Positions 8,401 through 15,729 of a DNA stretch of 42,409 bases are shown here, piece after piece. The notes below the pieces were generated by a model, which saw nothing but the letters and a program-made list of their open reading frames with translations, made no database searches and had not been told where the DNA came from. Position 1 is the stretch's first letter. Each line of letters begins with the position of its first letter. The stretch lies in contig JBBKVU010000421.1 in assembly GCA_037968595.1 (NCBI GenBank), forward strand, positions 1 through 42,409, written 5' to 3'. The translations under genes were made by a program, and so were the position numbers. The DNA is from Comamonas sp. Lineage in GTDB: Bacteria; Pseudomonadota; Gammaproteobacteria; Burkholderiales; Burkholderiaceae_C.

Positions 8401-11309
8401 AACGGCACGCGCTGGCCATCGCTCATCACTGCCACGTCAGCCGAACCCAGCATGTTGGCGGCTTGCACCCGGTCTCCCACGGCAAACACCATGGGCGCGC
8501 CAGACTCCGGGCTGCGCGACAAGCCCAAGCGCATGTAATCGGGGTTCTGGGCCATGGCCTGCATCTGCACGACAGACGCCGGCCGCGCGCGATCGCGGTT
8601 TTGAATCTCGGGCGTAGGCGCGCCAACGGAGCCCGTGCCCTCTGCGTTGGTACCGGCGCGCCGCGTTTTCACGGCGTCCCATTCGTTCTGCAAGCGATCC
8701 CACGCAGGCGAGCCACGGCGAAGCGTGCGCACGTTGTCGCCACGCTCAGCAACGAACTGGGGCCAGGTCTTGGCCTGGGCCGAAGCCGGGTCGAAAGCCG
8801 CCGGCGCAACAGCCTCGCTCGCCGCCGGCGCCCCCTGTTCTTGCGACTCTTCCGTCAGCGCCTGATTGCGACGCCGCGGCGCGCCGCGCTCCTGAATCAG
8901 CGCCTCCATGCTGGAGTTGTCCGCACCGACATCTTCAAGTGCGGCAGCGGGCGACGGCAGCGGCGCGCGTTCGCCGGCGCCGCGGAACCCGAAATACGCA
9001 TCAGCCACGCGCAACACTGCCTGACGCTCGCTCGCGCTCAGGGGCGTGTCGCCAATTCGCTCCAGCGCGCCGTCCAGGCTTGCAACGACCTGCAGCGTGT
9101 TGCTCACCTCCCCATCCATCAGGTTTTGCAGGGCATCTCGGATGCGCCGGCTGCGCACCTTCGCATCGACCTGCTGGATTGCCTCGCCGTCGACCGTTGC
9201 CGGCGCTGGGCCAGGAGCATTCGCAGACGGTGTCCCCGTGGCCACGTTGAGCTCAAGCCAGGCGTCTTCCAGCTGCTCGCGCAATTGCTGGACCTCGCTG
9301 CTGCCCGTGTACGTCGATTCCGCGCGAACTCGCCCCTGCAGTTCCCCGAGCGGATCTTCCACCGGTCGCCGGTAGGCCCGCTCATACTCTTGCCGCTCTT
9401 GCGGTGTCAAGCGCTCAGGCTCAACCGAAGCGGCCGGGCGAGCGACCTCCGCTGCCGGTGCTGGCGCTGCCGGCGCAGCTGCCACCAACTCGGACGCTTC
9501 GCGCTCAAGAAACTTCTGGACATGGGCCGGCATGCCGCCCTTCTCTAGGCGTGCCAGCAACTCCACGGCAGTTTTCCGCATGTCGCCTGTAGCGCGCTCG
9601 ACCACCGCCTCGAGGTCTTGCAGCAGCTGCGGGCGGGCACCTTGATCACCGGCGCGGTTGGCTTTCACCGCCGCCCACTCGCCTTGAAGCTGATCCCACT
9701 CAGGCATATCCTTGCGCAGCGCCGACAGCTTGTGCCCGCGCTCGGCGACAAAATCCCGCCATGTGGCGGACTGTGCCGCCGCCGGGTCGAACTGTGGCGC
9801 CGCCTCGCCCGCGCCAGCGCCGGCAGATTGAGCATCCGCAGCCGGATCCGCATCCGCCACAGCGTCGACGGATTCGCCAATGGTCTCCTGCTCCAGCTCC
9901 CGCGCGGCCTGGGCATTCACGCGCTGTACCAGGGCCGCGCGCTCCTGCTGCTGTGCGGGGTTCAGGCCCACGCTGCCGTCGATGACTTCCAATTCTGCCA
10001 AGCGCATCGAGGCCTTGGCATCTTCCATGCTGCCTGGTGCGCCATCCGGCTGCTGTGCGCGCTGCTGCTCTGTCTGCTGATCAACCGGCGCCGGCGTTTG
10101 ACTTGCTGCGGCTTCGGGCTGCTCGAGCGTCGTCTCAGCACCGGCTGGCCCTGCCGGCAACTGCGTAACCCCCGAGTTCCCCCGCGCAACTGCTCCGCGC
10201 ACCGCGCCCGGCGCGCCACCGCCCAGCGCGCCAAGCACGAAATTGGCCGCGCTGTCTTCGCCTATTTCCTTGTTGGTCACTACGGACTTTGTGCCGATGT
10301 CGGACGCCACCCCTTCACTCAACTCCTGGGTGCCTTCCTCCAACGACGACATGGCGCCGCCGGCGGCCGCGCGACCCACCACGCTTTTACCAGCTACGCG
10401 GCCAATCACCTTGTCCAGCCCGCCCGTCACCAAGCTGCCGGTGAACCGATCGCCCACAGCAGCAACGGCACCTTGAAGCAGCGCGCTGGTATCTTCGGCG
10501 CGCACGCTGACGAGCTGTCGAGCCTCGGCAGGCGAAGCCCCGGCATCCGTGAGGCGCTTGTAAAGAGGACTGTGCTGTTGCAGCTGCTGATCCGTCATCT
10601 TTGCCACGTAGTCGCGGGCGTTGCTGACGCCCTCGCCTGCAGCCATGGCGCCGCCTACAGCGCCAGCGGCGGAAGGGCTGCGCGTAGCCAGGGCGGTGGC
10701 AACCACTGGCAGCATCGAGCCGAATACGTCGGCACCCTGCATCAAAAACCCGCGAACCGAAGGGTCCTTGCCAAAATCTATTTCTCCCTTCAGCAGGTTG
10801 CCAGTGATCTGCGAATTGGCCACCGCCTCCTGAGTTGCCTGGCTGGTCGAGGCATTGATGCTCTGCTGCAAGTCTTTGCCGACCTTGGCGGCGGTCGCTG
10901 CGCCAGGCAGGCGCACGCCGGCGGCCAGGCGCTCTGCCCCCAGTTCTCGCGTCCCACGCTGCGCGTCGGTCATGGGACCATTGATCCCCTCATCGGTATC
11001 GATGCCAGGCATGAAAACGGACGACGGCATGACCGTAGCAGGGTCGCCTCCAGCACCCTGGCGCACTGCGGCACGCGCGCCCGACTGAAGCGCTTCGGGA
11101 ATTGAGGCAAGGCCGCTCGCGGCCGCTCCGGCCATGCGTTTACTAGCGTCGAAAGCGACATCGGCCACATACCTAGCGATCCCCTGGGGCTTGGGTACGG
11201 GGGGTGCAGGCTTTGCCTCATCAAATAGTGGATCATTCTCCCACCAGCTTTTCGAGCTACGGTTGTCACCCTCCGCCAACGGGTCCTTGCTCCACCAATC
11301 TTCAGCCAT
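2433..11309 (-). CDS. Giant polyvalent, probably virion-ejected protein (2958 aa): DdrB-like ParB domain, HExxGH zincin-like domain, possible GNAT-like domain, C-terminal LPD38-like domain
   Basis: AGGAG before ATG 11309; QNRDR/GAP/NNGRTAGL motifs; HEALGHHG at about 6504-6527; NITVNFNRRG...IPEFTKERSLIIP...PMPLGF C-terminal region; last gene of the late region. Confidence 0.85.
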   Translation of the reverse strand: MAEDWWSKDPLAEGDNRSSKSWWENDPLFDEAKPAPPVPKPQGIARYVADVAFDASKRMAGAAASGLASIPEALQSGARAAVRQGAGGDPATVMPSSVFMPGIDTDEGINGPMTDAQRGTRELGAERLAAGVRLPGAATAAKVGKDLQQSINASTSQATQEAVANSQITGNLLKGEIDFGKDPSVRGFLMQGADVFGSMLPVVATALATRSPSAAGAVGGAMAAGEGVSNARDYVAKMTDQQLQQHSPLYKRLTDAGASPAEARQLVSVRAEDTSALLQGAVAAVGDRFTGSLVTGGLDKVIGRVAGKSVVGRAAAGGAMSSLEEGTQELSEGVASDIGTKSVVTNKEIGEDSAANFVLGALGGGAPGAVRGAVARGNSGVTQLPAGPAGAETTLEQPEAAASQTPAPVDQQTEQQRAQQPDGAPGSMEDAKASMRLAELEVIDGSVGLNPAQQQERAALVQRVNAQAARELEQETIGESVDAVADADPAADAQSAGAGAGEAAPQFDPAAAQSATWRDFVAERGHKLSALRKDMPEWDQLQGEWAAVKANRAGDQGARPQLLQDLEAVVERATGDMRKTAVELLARLEKGGMPAHVQKFLEREASELVAAAPAAPAPAAEVARPAASVEPERLTPQERQEYERAYRRPVEDPLGELQGRVRAESTYTGSSEVQQLREQLEDAWLELNVATGTPSANAPGPAPATVDGEAIQQVDAKVRSRRIRDALQNLMDGEVSNTLQVVASLDGALERIGDTPLSASERQAVLRVADAYFGFRGAGERAPLPSPAAALEDVGADNSSMEALIQERGAPRRRNQALTEESQEQGAPAASEAVAPAAFDPASAQAKTWPQFVAERGDNVRTLRRGSPAWDRLQNEWDAVKTRRAGTNAEGTGSVGAPTPEIQNRDRARPASVVQMQAMAQNPDYMRLGLSRSPESGAPMVFAVGDRVQAANMLGSADVAVMSDGQRVPFQYAVMEAADVQPSNFADGNANPMFDSAHPGVVKALNNGRTAGLRAAYERGTADNYKRELISDSAMHGIDARVIEGMKAPVLVRLYSEKNNQANMGAKSQSQSLGLSAAEQAATDATLMDAATLDAFGAGEMDSAGNRDFARAFIGKLQAEGQDVAGMMDASGALSPAGVTRLQAALVHKAYGDGDLVESMFGSTDNDIRAIGESLKAVAGEWANMRHAAELGAINPEVDVTGSLLQAIRLVQKARRERASLYDAINQVDMETGDVVDPLTVGLLRMLYSGHYLTRALGRDRVVESLRQYLAASLSTRSAGDMFGEQVGPADILSALNGQPTQQNNDARTQNPSQPAPDATQGERGTPGGVPAGSRPDEPGSEARGPRPDRAGQEAAEPGGRSEGQDAQDPGRQQDGRSDQGAGEDSSSAVEPELALASYTPEEVAAQQDAQAQAGREREKVEAKADADAKADRERKEIAARMDASADNFQLGQDPQDAISGQAGIDFEDVPFRRGDQDGTADPAAAAGMTPEQAEQLLRIMGQAPKQSRAAQAEAVNKVRATVDAIRAAWANGPEVIVAHDMSDAAIPRAARLADDAQRSGGAVGNPEGFYYGGKVYLLASQLPTPQDAARVLMHEALGHHGLRGVFGKDLDGVLEQIAAVRRDDVRRKAAEYGLDYENPKQRLDAAEEVLAEWAQTRPEMGYVRRAVAAIRTWVRKHVPGMRGRTLTDDEIIRSYILPARGWVERGAGAGQQAQASFSRSGAQASSPLDTFPAEFMSELAAADELFANPVVHAGTAEAALRQIDPTVKFVGDVTAQDERQESGADSKLLFRTGKGRDFYVFEKGDEIWLDVSRLDEGDGGSAIYAALMDYAASADKVFIGDPAGLSDVAMRRRLEAMISSAIKHGSTDHMQPHERQEKGDDGLGIPALKWRDGDTIGNIQRMIDASLASISAYVPEFRRARYDFATGTFRNSEGGRLHDEVLRGWASEHPRMRAAGLGSRSIRRGILLNTLARTESGQRPGILEQALRQPRQLVGEDAKQIFYSRTSGGNGTQAAAAQQTKLAQLQAKVKDLTSRKSVDAWLYNWQDRFIDLKRIQENIKALNGAVSETSDAYRGEELYHKRVAKRTSNFLRDEVRPLLKALNEAKVNIQDFERFLHARHAPEANRVMAERNPNQRQLDAKRAAAENDVKKFRLQLRLQSANPGGKPTVELQKALGRALMEKDRWSSAQAFEGTEEQRLSLSGMSDQEANAIMTSYAPARRKAMDDLAGRVDKINTSTLQTLESYGLMNGETLDAWRKTYQHYVPLHRDEAHAESKAHPIGQGFSTKGDASKQRTGSNEKVTNILGHIVMQRETALTRGEKNNVVKRLYVLAGQNPDDNVWSLDLPKKKVVDPDTGLVKTVVDQGVKDKNHVVTLRIGGKDQYIVFNPRNERAVRLALAIKNMDTNELDWLSRTMGHITRWFAAVNTQYNPVFGVMNFARDVQGSMLQLSTTPLAGQQAEVFRNIRKNSLAIWSDLRRERKEAGAGKGQWAQLWEQMQLDGGTTGYRDLYADPADRAKALQKALDQQGQGKTAAAGRALMEVLSDFNETLEATTRLAVYKAALDHGQSRDSAASIAKNITVNFNRRGKRVAVLGHHYAFMNAAIQGNKRLLETLAGPTGRKVMIGGVLLGMMSGMAGALMMGGGGADDEWKKIPEFTKERSLIIPLGREDYVAVPMPLGFHVFPNIGRKMVDFAMHDDPTKNRGGHLVDLALIALNAYNPLGGSENISQMLTPTWLDPVVALWTNTDWTGKSIYREDRSQQDPKPGFTRAKDSTAAPYRWIAELANSATGGNEWRPGGFSPTPEAIEYLVEQFTGGVGRELNKVGAMSTAAVTGEELAAHQLVLVGRIYGNTRGVNGESSAYYENIRRINTSSSEAKGRSERGEEVGAILEDVPLAKLDGAAGVFDKRVSDLVKARRKIQASDNPNKRDLVKEINQAIEESMYQLNKAVEETLALER
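8652..9791 (-). repeat. Duplicated 48-aa module inside the giant protein (9648-9791 and 8652-8795)
   Basis: FDPAAAQSATWRDFVAERGHKLSALRKDMPEWDQLQGEWAAVKANRAG vs FDPASAQAKTWPQFVAERGDNVRTLRRGSPAWDRLQNEWDAVKTRRAG. Confidence 0.85.
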
Positions 11310-11331
11310 GCGATGCTCCTGTAGTGGAAGC

Positions 11332-11351
11332 AATTTGGCAGGCTTGGCACG
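11332..11351 (-). promoter_or_regulatory. Late-promoter-like motif, upstream of the giant gene
   Basis: CGTGCCAAGCCTGCCAAATT, one of 8 copies. Confidence 0.75.
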
Positions 11352-11366
11352 TCTGCTCGTACGCTC

Positions 11367-11375
11367 TGCTACATT
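11367..11375 (+). promoter_or_regulatory. Candidate extended -10 promoter for the moron operon
   Basis: TGC-TACATT upstream of GAAGGAG and ATG 11398. Confidence 0.4.
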
Positions 11376-11397
11376 CCCTTACAGAGAAGGAGTAGTC

Positions 11398-11733
11398 ATG
11401 GATACCTGGAAATTAACTGCGGCAGCACTTGCTTTTTGCACACTTCCACTTCACGCGGCCACCGAGTACATCGCTGACGGAGAAATCGAAGCGAGCGTAT
11501 GCAGTGGTGTGATTTTTAAAAAATGCACTACCAAAAAAGTCGTAGCATTTTCAAATGGCGATGGGAAAATTTATGACATGCCACGCTCATTCAATAATAT
11601 TGACGAAACGCGTAATGGTATGTGCTGGATAAATACAAACAGCAACAAAATTACCACCAAAATAATTAACAGCATTACCGCACCAAGCTTTTTACATCAA
11701 GGACGGATCAGATTTAAAAATAGTTTCACCTGA
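11398..11733 (+). CDS. Low-GC exported protein (moron); probably frameshifted, with the true end at 11764
   Basis: GAAGGAG RBS, signal peptide MDTWKLTAAALAFCTLPLHA, AT-rich codons. Confidence 0.7.
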   Translation: MDTWKLTAAALAFCTLPLHAATEYIADGEIEASVCSGVIFKKCTTKKVVAFSNGDGKIYDMPRSFNNIDETRNGMCWINTNSNKITTKIINSITAPSFLHQGRIRFKNSFT

Positions 11734-11770
11734 CTACTTGGTTTTTAAATGCCGCCCACGGTAAAAAGGC

Positions 11771-12196
11771 ATGAGAAACAACACAGAATTCAATCGACCC
11801 GGCCTCATCTATGCTCGGCACATTGTCGGCATGATGGTTGTAGCGCTGGGGTACATCGATATTTATCAACTCCCAAGACCTTTACTTAGCTGGCTCGCTG
11901 CATGGCTCGTTCCACTGGTCTTTTCTGGTGCAGTCGCCGGCTTATACCTACTGTTTTTCACAAAACATGCAAAATCTCGCTGGCAAACAGTGCTCTTCAC
12001 CATTGCTTGGTTGTTTCTATTGCTTGCAGTCGCATCGCCGTGGCTGAATGCATTCAACCAACGAGAGAGAGACAGGGCATCTGATCTGAAGCATAGAGAA
12101 ATGCAGCTGAATGAATCAACCGCACCAACAGGACGCACTCGAGATGACAAGTGGTGGGCAGACGACCCACTTGCTAAAGAGGATCTGAAGCCCTAG
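11771..12196 (+). CDS. Low-GC 3-TM inner-membrane protein with C-terminal WWADDPL; candidate superinfection exclusion protein
   Basis: Three hydrophobic segments, hydrophilic tail, opposite strand between ejection genes. Confidence 0.75.
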   Translation: MRNNTEFNRPGLIYARHIVGMMVVALGYIDIYQLPRPLLSWLAAWLVPLVFSGAVAGLYLLFFTKHAKSRWQTVLFTIAWLFLLLAVASPWLNAFNQRERDRASDLKHREMQLNESTAPTGRTRDDKWWADDPLAKEDLKP

Positions 12197-12200
12197 CCGC

Positions 12201-13766
12201 TCACTGCTTTGTTCTCACACCACCACTCGGATCGATATAGCGCGCGCCCGAAGGCAGCTTCTTGTAGTCAGACTCACCCATTATTTTCCTTGGTGGCTGC
12301 TGATTGATCTTGTCTGCCTTCACCTGGGACTGTCGGTATAGCACCAGCGCTCGATCGGTGTCGCGGATATTGTTTTCGGCCATGAACTGGTCAAACTTTT
12401 TTTCCTCCCCCGGGTTGCGTTTGACCTTGTCCTCGCCGCCGTAAGTTCCGGGGATGAGCTCCCCCAGCGCCTTCTGCACCTTCACGGGGTCATAACTGTA
12501 CTTTTCCTTGGTGGCTCCAGGCACAGGGGTGACTCCCAGGCGCGCGGCCCTTGCCCCAGCTTCAGAAATGTTCGGGTTTGCCTCACGGGCCAGCTGCTCG
12601 CGCACGCTGGGTATCTCGCGCCGATCGGCCATCGCCACAGCATGAGAAGCCGCGGCCCGCCCATCTGCCGCCGCGGCGCGGCCGTCGGCGTTCTTGCTCA
12701 GCTGCAACTGTGCATCTGCCCGACCATCGGCCTTGTTGCTGCGTCGGTTGTCTTCGGACTTGTAGAAGCGGTTGAAGTACCCTTCGGCCTGACCAATGGA
12801 GTCGAGTTCCGAAAGAGCATTGATCGTCTGCACCTTGCCTGATGGATCCTTGAACTTAATGATGCGGGAAGACACGCCATCGGCGCCCTTGACCATTTCA
12901 TCGGACACCACAGCGGCAGGGTCGAACTTGGCGCCCCCCATCTGGTTGAACTGCTCTGCCACCTTTGCCAGCGGCGCGCCGCCCTGCGCCAGCTTCAACG
13001 CCTGCGCATAGCCTTCGTCGGTCACCTTTTTGAAGTTTTCTGCATAACGCATGATCTCGCCCGGATCGGCTTTTCCCTTGGTGGCCTTGTACGCCAGCAG
13101 GCGCCCGCTGTCGGCGAGGGACTCGGCTATGGAATAGGCTGGCCGTTGCGGCGCCGTGGGCGGAATGCCCAGCGACTGCGGCGACTCACCCGCCTGCATG
13201 CGCTCCTTGTACTGTTTATCGGCCTGCTCGTATGCCTGCATCTGCGGCGCGTACTCACCCATACGCTTGGCAAAGATGGAGTTGCCGTACTCGGCCCGCA
13301 ATCCGGTTTCGAATTCCTCGTCGTCCGTGGCTTTCTTGTCCTCGCGCTGCCAGCGCTTGTCATCGCGGGCATCGCGTTTGAGCTCGCGCTGCATGCGCAT
13401 GCCCTGCTCGGGGTCGTATTTCGTCAGCACGCCGGCCATCGCCTGCATGCGCGCATTGTCTTGACCGCCGGCCGTGCGATTTCCCATGAAGTCCGTCACA
13501 CCCTGCATCGCTACGGACTTGCTGGCTCCCGCGGCGTTCTTCGCCACATAGGCCTTGGCCTGGTCGTCATAGGTGATGTTGTCAAAGCCCTGTTTAGCCA
13601 GGCTCTCCAGCTGCTGGCCCTGCTCAGCGGTGAAGCCTGTGGACTCCTCGGCCTTGGCGCCTGCCACGCGCGAAAGCTCCACATCCTTGGCGACGTTGTT
13701 GACCGTGCCATAGGCCTGGTTGAAGTTGGCGAAAAAGTCAGAGACCGAAGAACGTCCGCGCCGCAT
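12201..13766 (-). CDS. Probable ejection / internal virion protein (521 aa)
   Basis: A/Q-rich helical protein, position before the giant gene, C-terminal YKKLPSGARYIDPSGGVRTK; AAGGAGG RBS and TAATG coupling. Confidence 0.7.
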   Translation of the reverse strand: MRRGRSSVSDFFANFNQAYGTVNNVAKDVELSRVAGAKAEESTGFTAEQGQQLESLAKQGFDNITYDDQAKAYVAKNAAGASKSVAMQGVTDFMGNRTAGGQDNARMQAMAGVLTKYDPEQGMRMQRELKRDARDDKRWQREDKKATDDEEFETGLRAEYGNSIFAKRMGEYAPQMQAYEQADKQYKERMQAGESPQSLGIPPTAPQRPAYSIAESLADSGRLLAYKATKGKADPGEIMRYAENFKKVTDEGYAQALKLAQGGAPLAKVAEQFNQMGGAKFDPAAVVSDEMVKGADGVSSRIIKFKDPSGKVQTINALSELDSIGQAEGYFNRFYKSEDNRRSNKADGRADAQLQLSKNADGRAAAADGRAAASHAVAMADRREIPSVREQLAREANPNISEAGARAARLGVTPVPGATKEKYSYDPVKVQKALGELIPGTYGGEDKVKRNPGEEKKFDQFMAENNIRDTDRALVLYRQSQVKADKINQQPPRKIMGESDYKKLPSGARYIDPSGGVRTKQ

Positions 13767-14869
13767 TACGCCACCTCCTTGAATTCGATGCCGAGCATCT
13801 GGTAGTCGACCCGCAGGTAGCCCGATTCGTCCAGCTGCACAGCCTCGGGGAATTTGTCGCGCACCTCGTCGGCCATGACACCGTGGTAACGGCGCCCTGC
13901 TTGGTCATCCAGGTAGCTGAATTCGTAGAGAGCGAGACCGGTTCGCTCATCGCGACCTGTCATCGTGACGGCAGTCTTCAAGCGAGGGTCCGAGAAAATG
14001 CCCGTCTTCGCCAGCCCGGCTGCCACGCCACCGATGCCGCCGAGAATCCCGCCTGTCGTTTCCTGTGACTGCATATTGGCCTCGCGGCTCGCCTGAGCCC
14101 CCCACATGTTCGTCGCGTTGGCCCCCATCTGGCCCGCCATGCTGCCCGCCGCTCCGAAGCCGGAATTCAAGCCTGCCAGGCCCGTGTTGGCGATCATCTG
14201 CGCGTTGGTGCCATAGCCAGCGCCTTGGCCGGTCGTCTGCATGCCCATGGCCGGGTAGCCCGACAACACGTTAGCTGCCCTGTCGGTAAGTTGCTGGCCC
14301 TCGGCGCGCGCCGCGGTTCGCGCGCCATTCTTGGCCTGGGCCGTGGCCAGAGCTGTACCTGCGGTCAGCGTGTTGGAGGCACCGCCATACTTCCCGTCGG
14401 CGGGGTTGATGCCCATCCGCGCCATCTCGGCCGCCTGAGTGCGCTGCGCGCCGGCATAGGCCTGAGACACGTCGGCGCCAGCCTGGCCGGCCAGCTCTTC
14501 GCGCTTGGCCTCGGTGTTGAAAGTCTTGGCGTCGCGGGAAATCACGTCCTGAAGACCAGACAACTGATCACGTCGACCGAGGGCATAGTCGCGATCAGCT
14601 TGCGACTGCTCCCATGCGGCCTTGGACGTATCCAGAGCGAATTGCGTCTGTTCCTTCTGAGCGGGTGCCATGTCCTCGGACTGGGCAAGGATCCGCTGGA
14701 TAGCAGAATCCTGAATGCCCATGGATTTGATCTGTGCTTCAACAAGGCGCGGATCTGGCGCGGGCGCACTGCTGCCCTTGCTTCCCTCCAGCGTCATGCC
14801 GCCGCTGGGCCGCGGTGCGAACGCCCGTTCAGGCAAGAAATCCCAATCGTGTTTATGCCAGCGCGACAT
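13766..14869 (-). CDS. Probable ejection/pilot protein with C-terminal S74-type intramolecular chaperone domain
   Basis: G/A/Q-rich body, glycine-rich hydrophobic stretch, then FSDPRLK...YEFSY...GVMADEV...PEAV...GYLRVDY. Confidence 0.75.
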   Translation of the reverse strand: MSRWHKHDWDFLPERAFAPRPSGGMTLEGSKGSSAPAPDPRLVEAQIKSMGIQDSAIQRILAQSEDMAPAQKEQTQFALDTSKAAWEQSQADRDYALGRRDQLSGLQDVISRDAKTFNTEAKREELAGQAGADVSQAYAGAQRTQAAEMARMGINPADGKYGGASNTLTAGTALATAQAKNGARTAARAEGQQLTDRAANVLSGYPAMGMQTTGQGAGYGTNAQMIANTGLAGLNSGFGAAGSMAGQMGANATNMWGAQASREANMQSQETTGGILGGIGGVAAGLAKTGIFSDPRLKTAVTMTGRDERTGLALYEFSYLDDQAGRRYHGVMADEVRDKFPEAVQLDESGYLRVDYQMLGIEFKEVA

Positions 14870-15275
14870 GCCTGCACTCCTTTTTCCACATCACAAAAAC
14901 AATCACATCCCCACCATCCGGCGCCGCCCCGCGCAGCCGTGCTTCCTCGCGAAAGCCCAGGTGCTCGTTGAAGCGCCGCGCCTGGGCGTTGTTGTCGTTC
15001 ACGTAGCCGCTCACCCGGTCCACACCGCAGACCAGGAACGGATAGGCGAAGCACGCGCGCAAGTAGTCTCGGACGAGCCAGCGCGCGCCGGGTGCGCCCG
15101 CGACATGCATCCATAGGTTGCGGCCGTTGAAACCTTCGTAGAGGACGCCTGCGACAAGCTGGACGCCGCGGCGAAGACCGATAGCGCGCATGTCCTGGGC
15201 TCGGGCCAGGCCCGGGATCTGCTGCTGCACGAATGGCAGCACCGCGTCGAGGTCGTATTCGAATGAGGGGGCCAT
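14853..15275 (-). CDS. GNAT-family acetyltransferase-like protein preceding the ejection genes
   Basis: AGVLYE...FAYPF...VNDNNAQARRFNEHLGFREEARLR. Confidence 0.75.
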   Translation of the reverse strand: MAPSFEYDLDAVLPFVQQQIPGLARAQDMRAIGLRRGVQLVAGVLYEGFNGRNLWMHVAGAPGARWLVRDYLRACFAYPFLVCGVDRVSGYVNDNNAQARRFNEHLGFREEARLRGAAPDGGDVIVFVMWKKECRHVALA

Positions 15276-15281
15276 GCCAGC

Positions 15282-15301
15282 ACGGTGGCAGGCTTGGCAC
15301 G
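15282..15301 (-). promoter_or_regulatory. Late-promoter-like motif, leaderless arrangement
   Basis: CGTGCCAAGCCTGCCACCGT followed by 6 nt and ATG 15275. Confidence 0.75.
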
Positions 15302-15303
15302 AC

Positions 15304-15729
15304 TCACGCGGGCGGCGTTGGCCAGACGATGCTCAGCGGATCGGGCTGATCGGTGATGTCGCGCAGCGCCTGCCGGTAGGCCTGCCACTCTGGCTGGACG
15401 GCGGCGCCCTGGTCGGTCGCGCGCAGCACGACCCAGTCGCTGGCCGCGATGCGTCGGTCGCGCTCGGCACGCACTTCTGCCCAGGCCTCCAGCTCATCAA
15501 TTACCCACCGCCGTCGGGCGAAATCGAACTGGTGGTGCATTGACGGCCGGGGCGGCTTCTGCACGGGTGCTTTGGTGTGCAGGTCTACGAAATGCGTCTC
15601 GAAATTGAAAGCGCCGTGGATGTACGACTCGCCCGGGCCGCATTGCCGCGCGACGTCCTGGCCGGGACAAACGGTGGTTTTGCAAATCTCACCGGTTGCG
15701 GTCTTGAAGATGGTGATGCGCCTGCTCAT
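15304..15729 (-). CDS. Tail fibre assembly chaperone
   Basis: WAEVRAERDRRIAASDW...YRQALRDITDQP..WP; ATGA overlap with the upstream gene. Confidence 0.85.
   Translation of the reverse strand: MSRRITIFKTATGEICKTTVCPGQDVARQCGPGESYIHGAFNFETHFVDLHTKAPVQKPPRPSMHHQFDFARRRWVIDELEAWAEVRAERDRRIAASDWVVLRATDQGAAVQPEWQAYRQALRDITDQPDPLSIVWPTPPA

Noticed and set aside
3189-11105. Long + strand ORFs (766, 495, 483, 361 aa) and similar ones opposite portal, TerL and capsid
   Set aside because: Antisense shadows of high-GC genes, with no recognisable motifs.
2433-11309. N4-like virion RNA polymerase, suggested by size and the N4-type capsid
   Set aside because: No single-subunit RNA polymerase motifs recognised; the motifs fit a polyvalent protein instead.
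11344-11360. Repeated motif read as a sigma-54 promoter (TTGGCACG)
   Set aside because: No TTGC at the required spacing, and the orientation is opposite to the late genes.
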